The position numbers and the translations under genes are program-made. Positions 9,475-18,593 of a stretch of 64,000 nt of DNA are shown one piece after another. The stretch is from IMG/VR virus record IMGVR_UViG_3300029288_000060, positions 32,001 to 96,000 of that record; one strand, given 5' to 3'. Below the pieces are notes generated by a model. It saw nothing but the letters and a program-made list of their open reading frames with translations. It made no database searches and was not told the DNA's origin. Position 1 is the first letter of the stretch; each line of letters opens with the position of its first letter. This stretch comes from a virus (lineage: Duplodnaviria; Caudoviricetes).

Positions 9475-11487
9475 ATGACAATTCAAAATAAAATTGATGT
9501 TGATCAATTGGGGTCAATAATAAATGTTAATGCCACAGATCATGGAGATGTAAATGAAGTTGGATCTATAGCATACGTTTGTGATTTGTGGAGTGGAATT
9601 GATAAAAGTATAGTTCTTGAAAGAGGTACTTATACAATTTCAACATCATTTGAAATACCTTCAAATATTAATTTAAGAATGAATAATGGAGCAATTTTAG
9701 ATATTGTAACTGGTGTAACGGTAACGATAAGTGGAACATTTGAAGCTGGATTATTTCAAGTATTTGATTGGACAGGAACTGGGAAAGTCATGGGTCTTAA
9801 CAGAATACATGTTGAATGGTTCGGTGCTAAAGGTGATTATGACTATGTAACACACACCGGTACAGATGACACAGCCGCATTTCAGAAAACTATTGATTCT
9901 GTAGGAGAAAATGGTGGTGGAGTTGTACTTGCTTATAGCAAGTATTTAATTTCAGAACTTGTTATTGATTGGAGACATGTCACAATTGAAGGCGGGTTGC
10001 CTTCTTTTGATTATACCGTTGATGGAGTTGCCACAGCGGATCCTGATTTAATGCCTCCATCTGCGCTTATATGTAATTCTGGTATTTACGCATTAATGAT
10101 TAAATATTCAGTATTCCCTCGTACAGGTCAAAATACCGGAATAAGAAATATAGCAATTATATGTGATGTTAGTCCATCTGTTGAATATGGAATTGTTATT
10201 TGTTCTGGAATGAGTGTTATGATTGATGTTCTTGTAAGTTCATTCGATTATAATATTACTACTTTTTCACAAAATTCTAATGTTTATGACAGAGTAGCTA
10301 TTTATAATGCTCAAAAAATAGGTTTTGTATGTTCACCAATAGGAGTTGCGCTTGATATTCCAACATATCAACACCCTAATATTGTGGCTTCTTTAGGGAC
10401 TATTATGTCATCAACTATATTTACAATTAAAAATTCTCTTATTAGAGGTAATAAATTTGGAATTGTGTTAATGAATGGTGATACCGCAGAAATCAAAAAT
10501 ACGGTAATAGAAGCTAATTCTATGTCCGGTTTATTAATATACAAGAAGACTGACTATGCGGCGGATAATATTCATTTTCAAAATGTATGGTTTGAACAAA
10601 ATTATGCTGGTTTTATTATAACATACCCTGCAAATTCCTACTCAGTAACTGGAATAACTCCATTAAAGTCATCTAGCACAGAATATTTAAAGGGATCTGT
10701 AACAGGTGAATGGACAAATGATTATGTATTACATTATGATGTTGGTTCTCAAATTTGGATAGGATCAGAATTAGAATCTCATGGAGCTGGTGATATACAT
10801 CAGTCTCCTACAAATATAACTTTTAACAATTGTAAATGGGGTGGGGCTGGGAATAAAGATAAACTTTTATATGGCAGATCCATGGAAAATTGCAACTTTA
10901 TCGACATCGATGTTTCTAATGGTGATAAAGATTTGTTATTTTATTTATCTGAATATTCTAGAGATACTTTAGTAAAAAATATGAGATTTTCCGGTGCTTC
11001 AGCATTACTTTTTGAAGCAACTTATATGACTACTGGCATAACCGCAGGAGGAACAAGAGGTATATATTCATATGATAAAACAGGAGAATGGACTCCAGTT
11101 CTTGAAGGAAGTGTAACGCCAGGATCACAAACATATACTCTTCAAAAAGGTTTTTACACAAGAATAAATAATATTATTTTTATTACTGGATCAATAACAT
11201 TATCTAACTTGGATGTCACAACATCTGGAGATATGAAAATTACTGGATTGCCAGGCGTTTGTACTTGGGTACTTGGTAATGTACCATCTATAAATGTTGG
11301 TTATACTAAGGATATTACTTTGAATATAGCAGGAGGATTTTATTCTTTATCTGGTATTATAGTACCCAATACTTCTGAGATTTTATTACATGAGGTTGGA
11401 AATAATGTTCAATCTGTTCCAATTACTCATGCAGATTTAGGTAATGATACAACATTATATTTTAGTGGTTTTTATATGGTTAATTAA
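9475..11487 (+). CDS. tailspike/depolymerase (pectate-lyase-3-like beta-helix)
   Basis: VEWFGAKGD...DDTAAFQK motif; C-terminal GEWTPVL...YTRINNI tail-fibre domain. Confidence 0.8.
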   Translation: MTIQNKIDVDQLGSIINVNATDHGDVNEVGSIAYVCDLWSGIDKSIVLERGTYTISTSFEIPSNINLRMNNGAILDIVTGVTVTISGTFEAGLFQVFDWTGTGKVMGLNRIHVEWFGAKGDYDYVTHTGTDDTAAFQKTIDSVGENGGGVVLAYSKYLISELVIDWRHVTIEGGLPSFDYTVDGVATADPDLMPPSALICNSGIYALMIKYSVFPRTGQNTGIRNIAIICDVSPSVEYGIVICSGMSVMIDVLVSSFDYNITTFSQNSNVYDRVAIYNAQKIGFVCSPIGVALDIPTYQHPNIVASLGTIMSSTIFTIKNSLIRGNKFGIVLMNGDTAEIKNTVIEANSMSGLLIYKKTDYAADNIHFQNVWFEQNYAGFIITYPANSYSVTGITPLKSSSTEYLKGSVTGEWTNDYVLHYDVGSQIWIGSELESHGAGDIHQSPTNITFNNCKWGGAGNKDKLLYGRSMENCNFIDIDVSNGDKDLLFYLSEYSRDTLVKNMRFSGASALLFEATYMTTGITAGGTRGIYSYDKTGEWTPVLEGSVTPGSQTYTLQKGFYTRINNIIFITGSITLSNLDVTTSGDMKITGLPGVCTWVLGNVPSINVGYTKDITLNIAGGFYSLSGIIVPNTSEILLHEVGNNVQSVPITHADLGNDTTLYFSGFYMVN

Positions 11488-11522
11488 TTAATTAATATAT
11501 TTTTATTATTAAAAGGAAAATT

Positions 11523-13097
11523 ATGTCACATAACTATAAAAAGAATGAATTAACAACTGGATTTACTCTTAAAGGTGGGTCAACCGAAAAAGTTTTAATC
11601 ATAGATGAAGACATAACAATATCTAATTGTTATTCATCTTTGAATAATTCGAATATAAATAATAGTATTCACCAAACAGAGTTAACTTCTGGAACTGTAA
11701 GTTTGACAGTTGCAGATAATGTAAACATAAATCCAGCATTAAGTAATTTTTCATTATCTTGTTGGGCAAAATTACCTAGTTGGTCAGTTGAAACATTGTT
11801 TTTTAGTAAATATCAAGATGCTACAAATTATTGGTATTTTGGTATAGGAGGGGCAGGAAAAATAACATATACACATGCAAAAACAGCTGGAACTACGGTA
11901 TCGTTAACAGCGTCAGCGGCCTTAACTTTAACTGGAGATACTTGGCATCATATTGTTGGGGTAATAACAAGAGAATCAGCTTCCGTGGCTGGAAGTTTAG
12001 ATATTTATGTTGATGGAAAATTATTTGAATCATTAACAATTCCTATTGGAACTCCAGCAGATATTACAAATACAGCAAATTTAAGAATTTTGGGACATGC
12101 AACTCAAAGATATGAAGGAGATGTTTCTAACGCTTTAATATATAATCGAGCATTAACCTCAGATGAAGTTTTTTCTCTGTATCAAAATGGAATTGATTTT
12201 ATTGATATGTGGGGGAATCAAAATGAACTTATTACTACTGATGATGATAGAACTTTTGCATCAGATACAGGTCATTGGATAAAGTCTGGTGGTACAGTTA
12301 CTATTCCTGGTGATGGTTTAGCTCATTTTACAAATAGTCCAAACTCATCTTTTATGTATCTTGCCAGCTTGATTAACCTTAGAAAAATGTACATAGTTAC
12401 ATACACTGTTAGTGGTTATACTCAAGGAGGAATAGCAGCAAAAATTGGAAATACTTTTGGAGCAACAAGATCATTAGATGGAACATATATAGAAGTAATA
12501 ACAGAAAATGCATTAGGTACTGGTAATCCAGATAATTTTTCATTTCAAACTATCGGGTTAACTACATGTAATATTGATAATGTCTCTGTAAAACAAGTTG
12601 GAGCAATTCTTGCTTTAGAACCAGAAGGGATTCAATTAGATAAATGGTATGACAGTTCAAGCAATGGGTTAAGAGCAAGTTATTCAACGACTGCTGCAGG
12701 AGCATGCATAAATAAACTTCCAAATCCTTGTCAAAAACAATTAACCCCAACTGCAAAAACCACAAGCGCAACATTAACAATTGCAGAAATATTAACTGGA
12801 TTTTTAACAGGAACTCATACAGTCGGGGCAACTCAAACATATACATTACCAACTGGAACATTAAGTGAAGCAGGAGGAATATTTGGAATTAATTCATATT
12901 TTGATTGGATATTAATTAATTTATCTGCAGCTGCAGCAGACACAATTACAGTTGCTGCTGGAGCCGATCATACTGTGGTTGGAAATATGGTTGTTCAAAG
13001 TGCTCATGCAACCACAGGTGCCTTATATGGAAATTCAGCAATTTTTAGGACTATGAAAACTGCTTTAAATACATTTGTAACATATAGAATTTGTTAA
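11523..13097 (+). CDS. LamG/concanavalin-like virion fibre protein, paralog A
   Basis: WHHIVG...IYVDG...IYNRALTSDEV LamG signature; N- and C-termini shared with 15646 and 20929. Confidence 0.8.
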   Translation: MSHNYKKNELTTGFTLKGGSTEKVLIIDEDITISNCYSSLNNSNINNSIHQTELTSGTVSLTVADNVNINPALSNFSLSCWAKLPSWSVETLFFSKYQDATNYWYFGIGGAGKITYTHAKTAGTTVSLTASAALTLTGDTWHHIVGVITRESASVAGSLDIYVDGKLFESLTIPIGTPADITNTANLRILGHATQRYEGDVSNALIYNRALTSDEVFSLYQNGIDFIDMWGNQNELITTDDDRTFASDTGHWIKSGGTVTIPGDGLAHFTNSPNSSFMYLASLINLRKMYIVTYTVSGYTQGGIAAKIGNTFGATRSLDGTYIEVITENALGTGNPDNFSFQTIGLTTCNIDNVSVKQVGAILALEPEGIQLDKWYDSSSNGLRASYSTTAAGACINKLPNPCQKQLTPTAKTTSATLTIAEILTGFLTGTHTVGATQTYTLPTGTLSEAGGIFGINSYFDWILINLSAAAADTITVAAGADHTVVGNMVVQSAHATTGALYGNSAIFRTMKTALNTFVTYRIC

Positions 13098-13119
13098 TTT
13101 ATAGGAGAGGAGATAAAAA

Positions 13120-14979
13120 ATGACCATTGCTAATAAAATAAAAACATCACAAATTGATGATAATTCATCTACCTATTGGGATGAATCTAAAGGTGTATAT
13201 TATCCTAAAGTAGATTGTGTAGATCATGGGGATGCTTCGGAAGAAGGAAGTATTGCATGGTTATGTAATACATATATTCATGGGTTAGGTGATCCGGATT
13301 CTCAATTAGAATTAATACCAGGAAATTATGCAATAGGTACGTCATTTATTATCCCCGCTAATATAAGTTTAAATATTAATAATGGAGCTTTATTAACAAT
13401 TGCTTCAGGTGAATATATAGTTATTTATGCTTCAGTTAAAGCTGGTTTATATCAAATATTTTCTCATAATAATTCTGATGGTATTCAATTTGGAAGCTCT
13501 GCAATGACAGAAATATATCCTGAATGGTTTGGAGCTGGAAGTGCAGATGATTCTATTCCTTTACAATCAACAATTTATGCAGCAGGTACAGTTGGAACAT
13601 ATAAACCTAGAATAAGATTTCAAGCTAAAACATATACATATTCAACAAGTCTTACAATTAGTGAAAGAGGAATTGCTTTATTAGGAAATGGAGCTATTTA
13701 TGTAAATAGTCCAACTGGTTTTTACGCTGACGTAACCATACTTTATTATACTGGTTCTTCCGTAGCACTTAGGGTAGATACAGGAATGGGTTTTACAATG
13801 GAGAAGATTTACTTAAAAGGTACATCTTCTGCAACAAATGGATTATATTTAACTCAAGCCGGCGCTGTATTTAGAGATTGTGTTTTTGGACAATTTTCAA
13901 AAGTTACTGCAGCAGGGTGTATTTTAGATTCAACACAATGTAATTCTTTTTATTCTTGCTCATTTATAGATAATTATTATGGATCATATTTAACAAATTC
14001 TACTTTAACTAATACCGTAAACACTTTTTATTCTTGTGTATGGCATAGTAATACTCAAGCAGGACACTTTGAAAGAAGAGCACAAGGTACTTTAATATTA
14101 AATGGAACATTTCAGGGTTCTGCAGGTCAAGGTGGAAGTGCAGTTATAATTGATTGTACTCACGTTGGAAGTGAAGATTCCGCCAATTTTAGAATGATTG
14201 GTGGATATATATCTGGTTGTAATGCAGGAACTGCTGGTTATGAAATTAGTGTAACAGGTCATGATACAGGAACTGCTGAATATTACCCATCATTAATTTT
14301 AAAAGATATATTTTGGGCGTCATCCGGTGCAGCAAGTCTTGGACATTTATACCTAAAAAATACAAGACGAACAGTTTTAGACAATGTTGTATTTCAAGCA
14401 ACTCCGCCAAAAATAGTTGCTCCAGTTGTTGGTGTTGATGCTAATTTAGATTTATCAATTTTAAGTTGGAATCAAAGTTGGGCAGACACATGTATAACTG
14501 ATGGTGCAGGAAATACAGTTCATTGGCCTAAACTTGGTCCAATCCAACCTTATGGATATCAATTTAGAGGAGATGCATTTGAGTTTCTTCAAACAAATAT
14601 TAGTTCATCTCGACAAGTAATTAAATTATCACAAGCTTCAATAGCGAGATCATTTATTGATTTTGCTGGAACTGAACATGCAAGTGCAAATTATAGTATC
14701 AGCAGTTGGACAATGGGCGGAGCAATTAAAGGAATGGTACAAGTTGAAGTAAATGGCGCAGTTGCTTGGATGCCTTATTATTATGAGCCTTTGGGAACAA
14801 GCGTAACAAGTACCACAGCCGCGTTAGATGATAAAACTAATGCAATAAATACTACCGGAAAGACTATCGGAAAACGAGTATGGAATACAAATACAAATTT
14901 ATTTGTAACTGCCACTGGTACAGCAGATACAGATACATGGATTAATGATGGTGGAGTAACTGCTCATACCCCTACATAA
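13120..14979 (+). CDS. tailspike/depolymerase (beta-helix)
   Basis: DHGD head motif, AGLYQIF, YPEWFGA..DDS motif, beta-helix composition. Confidence 0.8.
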   Translation: MTIANKIKTSQIDDNSSTYWDESKGVYYPKVDCVDHGDASEEGSIAWLCNTYIHGLGDPDSQLELIPGNYAIGTSFIIPANISLNINNGALLTIASGEYIVIYASVKAGLYQIFSHNNSDGIQFGSSAMTEIYPEWFGAGSADDSIPLQSTIYAAGTVGTYKPRIRFQAKTYTYSTSLTISERGIALLGNGAIYVNSPTGFYADVTILYYTGSSVALRVDTGMGFTMEKIYLKGTSSATNGLYLTQAGAVFRDCVFGQFSKVTAAGCILDSTQCNSFYSCSFIDNYYGSYLTNSTLTNTVNTFYSCVWHSNTQAGHFERRAQGTLILNGTFQGSAGQGGSAVIIDCTHVGSEDSANFRMIGGYISGCNAGTAGYEISVTGHDTGTAEYYPSLILKDIFWASSGAASLGHLYLKNTRRTVLDNVVFQATPPKIVAPVVGVDANLDLSILSWNQSWADTCITDGAGNTVHWPKLGPIQPYGYQFRGDAFEFLQTNISSSRQVIKLSQASIARSFIDFAGTEHASANYSISSWTMGGAIKGMVQVEVNGAVAWMPYYYEPLGTSVTSTTAALDDKTNAINTTGKTIGKRVWNTNTNLFVTATGTADTDTWINDGGVTAHTPT

Positions 14980-15002
14980 AATAATTAAAAGGAAAAATAA
15001 AA

Positions 15003-15602
15003 ATGAACTATACTTATTACGTGGTTGAAAAAATTTACAAAGGTTTCTTTAGTAAAAAGTTTGTAAGGAATGCTTCAAGTATAGGAATTACTGATCCAAA
15101 AACTGGTGATGGTTTAATATTATTTTATTCTGGATCAACTAAAATTGATGGTAAGAAATTAACAATATTTCTTACTTTAGGATGGGAAGCACAAAGTGCA
15201 GATGAACTTGTACAAAAATTTCCAGATGAGAATTTTATGCTTCTTGAAAAATTACCATCAACAGTTAAAGAAATATTAAATAAGAATATTGATTATTGTA
15301 GCATTAAAGAAATGAAATCATCTACAATTATAAAGGTTGACTTTAAAGAAACAGGAAAATATTTCAAATCTAAAAATAATACATTTTTATATTATGATAG
15401 ATACACTGATTCGAGAGGAAGTCAATATTATGTTTTTATGTCCGACATGGTTTTGAATATAGAAGAAAATGAATTTCCAGAATCTGTAATTGATATGAAT
15501 ACTAAAAAGACTGCAGCAAAAATAGGAGCATTTCAAAATGCTGGAATTTTAAATAAATTAAAATTTAAAACCCATGGTTGGGGAAATATAGAGGAAAAAT
15601 AA
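15003..15602 (+). CDS. hypothetical protein
   Basis: ORF with AAGGA RBS inside fibre cluster. Confidence 0.6.
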   Translation: MNYTYYVVEKIYKGFFSKKFVRNASSIGITDPKTGDGLILFYSGSTKIDGKKLTIFLTLGWEAQSADELVQKFPDENFMLLEKLPSTVKEILNKNIDYCSIKEMKSSTIIKVDFKETGKYFKSKNNTFLYYDRYTDSRGSQYYVFMSDMVLNIEENEFPESVIDMNTKKTAAKIGAFQNAGILNKLKFKTHGWGNIEEK

Positions 15603-15645
15603 AAATGAGTTTTATTAATAAAAAACATAAAAGGATAAAACATTA

Positions 15646-16974
15646 ATGTCTCATAACTACAAAAAGAATGACACTGTAACTGGTTTTATTTTTAAAGGCG
15701 GAGTTACCAATGAAAAAGTTTTAACCATAGACGCAGATTTAACGGTTACAGAGTTATATTCCGAAGTTAATAGTCGAGTAATGAATCAAGGTGTACATAT
15801 GTCAGCTGCAGCTGCAGGGTCAACTGGTATTACTATTGCTAATAATGTAAATATACAGCCTAACACCAAGAATTTTTCAATGTTTTGGACAGGCAATGTG
15901 GCAGATTGGGTTTCCACAGATACATCTTTTGTATATACTTATCAAGATGCAACACATAGAATTGAATGGTATATTTCTGGTGGTGCTATGGTAATTATTT
16001 TAAATGGAACTGCATATTATAATTTAACGCCTACCATTACGTTTGTTAACAATTCATATCATCAATTAAGTGTTGTAGTAACTTATAATTCAAATGTTAA
16101 ATTTTATATGGATGGCCAACAATTTGGAGATACTATTAGTATTGCTGCCAAAGATATGACTTTTACAAGCGCATTATATATTTGTGGTAGTGCAGCAAAA
16201 AGATATCTATCAATTAGTGATTCTTTTTTAATGTATAACCGCGCACTCTCAGATTCTGAAGTCCTTTCTCTTTATCTAAATGGAATAGATTTTGCTGATA
16301 AATGGGGAAGTCAAACTGAACAAACAAGTGGTACTCTAGTTATTGGTAAAAGATATAGAATTAATAATTGGATTACAGATGATGATTTTACAAACGTTGG
16401 TGGAACTAATGAAGATGGAAATGAATTTGTTGCGACTGGGACGACTCCAACAAAATGGACAAACAGTTCAACGGTGGTCCCTGCCGGAGTTACTCTTGCG
16501 CTTGAACCAGAAGGTATTCAACCATCTAAATGGTATGACTCATCTATAAATGGTTTAAATGCAAGTTATCCAGCAGCTGGATTAAGTATAAATAAAATAC
16601 CATCTTTAATCACTAAACAAGTTCCTAACGCAGAAACCACGGGAGCTGTCACATTAACAATTGCAAAACTTTTAAGTGGTTTAATCACAGGAACTCCAAA
16701 TGCAGCAAGAGCTTATACATTGGATACTGGAGCAAATATTGAAGCAACTGGTTTATTTAATATAGGATCATATATTGATTGGATATTAATGAATAATGAC
16801 ACTGCAGCAGCCGCAAATATAATAACTTTAACTGCAGCAGCCGGGCATACAATTGTAGGTAATCCATATGTTCAATCTAATCATGCAACCACAGGAGCCT
16901 TATATGGTAGCTCAGCTCATTTTAGAACTATTAAAACTGCAGCATCCACATATGTAACATATAGGATGGCATAA
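15646..16974 (+). CDS. LamG/concanavalin-like virion fibre protein, paralog B
   Basis: MSHNYKKN start, FYMDG...YNRALS, LALEPEGIQ..KWYDSS, TYRMA end. Confidence 0.8.
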   Translation: MSHNYKKNDTVTGFIFKGGVTNEKVLTIDADLTVTELYSEVNSRVMNQGVHMSAAAAGSTGITIANNVNIQPNTKNFSMFWTGNVADWVSTDTSFVYTYQDATHRIEWYISGGAMVIILNGTAYYNLTPTITFVNNSYHQLSVVVTYNSNVKFYMDGQQFGDTISIAAKDMTFTSALYICGSAAKRYLSISDSFLMYNRALSDSEVLSLYLNGIDFADKWGSQTEQTSGTLVIGKRYRINNWITDDDFTNVGGTNEDGNEFVATGTTPTKWTNSSTVVPAGVTLALEPEGIQPSKWYDSSINGLNASYPAAGLSINKIPSLITKQVPNAETTGAVTLTIAKLLSGLITGTPNAARAYTLDTGANIEATGLFNIGSYIDWILMNNDTAAAANIITLTAAAGHTIVGNPYVQSNHATTGALYGSSAHFRTIKTAASTYVTYRMA

Positions 16975-16982
16975 GAAAATAA

Positions 16983-17147
16983 ATGATTACAATAATAAAA
17001 CCTGATTATTGTATAAATAAAGAATTAGAATGTGAAAAATGTTCGTTTTATTGGCCTGAAGAAAAACTTTGTTCTTTAATATCAAATGAAGAACTTTCAA
17101 ATACAAAAATAAAAAATAAAGAAAAGAATAATTTGGAGAAAAAATGA
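16983..17147 (+). CDS. 54-aa Cys-rich protein (not in ORF track)
   Basis: MITIIKPDYCINKELECEKCSFYWPEEKLCS...; ATGA overlap with 17144. Confidence 0.5.
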   Translation: MITIIKPDYCINKELECEKCSFYWPEEKLCSLISNEELSNTKIKNKEKNNLEKK

Positions 17148-17743
17148 AAGAATGGATTTATAAAAAATATAAAGCTTTCATGACTTGGTTTGGAGATATT
17201 TATTGTGCCTTTAAACCTCCTTTAGTTAGAGCAAATGAAATTCGAAAAACTTTAGATATAATTAAACCTGGAGATGTAATATGTAGAGGATATAATTATT
17301 ATTTAGATAGTTACTTTATTCCAGGTGTATATTCACATTCAGGATTAGTAATTGATAAATCCAATATGATACATTCTATAGCAGAAGGTGTATCTAAAAT
17401 AGATATCATTGACTTTATTAAAGATTGTGATGCTTTTATTATCCTCAGACCAGTTTTAAATGAAAATGAAATAGAAAAAGTTATTAATAGGGCTATGGAA
17501 CATTATAATAATAAAACACCATATGATTTTACTTTTAAAGATCCTAATCATTTTTATTGTCATGAATTTACACAAGATTGTTTAAATTATGGCGGAATTG
17601 AAATATTACCATCAATTGTTGAATTTGGTATAGGTTTATTTAAATTTAATCGTACTATATTCTTAGCTCAAAATTTAATTGATGCTCTTATAACAATCTA
17701 TATGTATAATCCAGAAAAAGGTATTGAATATATTCAGGTTTAA
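17144..17743 (+). CDS. permuted papain-like NlpC/P60 (YiiX/YebB-like) amidase
   Basis: PGDVI...YSHSGL...PYDF...FYCHEF order of His then Cys. Confidence 0.8.
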   Translation: MKEWIYKKYKAFMTWFGDIYCAFKPPLVRANEIRKTLDIIKPGDVICRGYNYYLDSYFIPGVYSHSGLVIDKSNMIHSIAEGVSKIDIIDFIKDCDAFIILRPVLNENEIEKVINRAMEHYNNKTPYDFTFKDPNHFYCHEFTQDCLNYGGIEILPSIVEFGIGLFKFNRTIFLAQNLIDALITIYMYNPEKGIEYIQV

Positions 17744-17782
17744 AGTGTTACATGTAAAATAATTGAATAGAGGAGAACTAAA

Positions 17783-18343
17783 ATGAATTTAGAAAAATTT
17801 GATTTTGTACCTAAAGAAATTTTCTTTACAAAAGGAGCAGGATCTCATAAAGAAGAATTAGGTTCATTTGAATTAGCTTTACGAGATGCTGGAATTGAAA
17901 AATGTAATTTAGTTCAAGTTTCAAGTATTTTACCTCCAGGTTGTAAAGTTATTTCAAAGAAAAATGGATTAAGTAAATTAAAACCTGGAGCTATTACTTT
18001 TTGTGTTATGAGTAGATGTTGCAGTAAAGAACCAAGACATTTAATTTCTGCTTCTGTTGGTTGTGCAATTCCAACTGATAGAAAGTTATATGGATATATA
18101 AGTGAGCATCATGATTTTGGTAAAAGTGAAAAACAGATTGGAGAATATGCAGAGGATTTAGCTGCAGCAATGTTAGCATCTACATTAAATATTGATTTTA
18201 ATATAGATGAAAGCTGGGATGAGAAAAAAGAAATATTTAGAATAAGTGGTAAAATTGTTAGTACAAGAAATATAACAAGATCTTCTTTTGTTAATAAAGA
18301 TAAATACACAACGGTAATCGCTGCTGCAGTTTTTATATTCTAA
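17783..18343 (+). CDS. pdaD: pyruvoyl-dependent arginine decarboxylase
   Basis: SFELALRDAGIEKCNLVQVSSILPP with Ser-Ser self-cleavage site; YGYISEHH; TTVIAAAVF. Confidence 0.9.
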   Translation: MNLEKFDFVPKEIFFTKGAGSHKEELGSFELALRDAGIEKCNLVQVSSILPPGCKVISKKNGLSKLKPGAITFCVMSRCCSKEPRHLISASVGCAIPTDRKLYGYISEHHDFGKSEKQIGEYAEDLAAAMLASTLNIDFNIDESWDEKKEIFRISGKIVSTRNITRSSFVNKDKYTTVIAAAVFIF

Positions 18344-18430
18344 TTAATTATACGATTATTCCCTTAGCTAGTATGAATTAATTGAATTAAATTGAATTAA
18401 TTATGCTAAGAAACAAACTCAAATCAATAA

Positions 18431-18469
18431 AAGACTATGCTTTCTTATAATAGAGGTATGGTCTTTTTT
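18431..18469 (+). terminator. probable terminator
   Basis: G-U-rich hairpin followed by T-run at end of first late operon. Confidence 0.5.
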
Positions 18470-18522
18470 CCCGTTATTATGTGGATATTCTTAGAGAATT
18501 ATTTCTAGATCTAATAAAAATA

Positions 18523-18538
18523 AAGAACAAAATATAAA
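18523..18538 (+). promoter_or_regulatory. putative late promoter AAGAACAAAATATAAA
   Basis: Motif copy upstream of 18594. Confidence 0.6.
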
Positions 18539-18593
18539 ATAGAATCTTTTTCTTTGATAATATATTTCAAGTATTAAAAGGAGATTTTTATAA

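Noticed and set aside
18376-18403. GAATTAA(A)TT short repeats as origin or operator
   Set aside because: Low-complexity AT sequence, indistinguishable from background.
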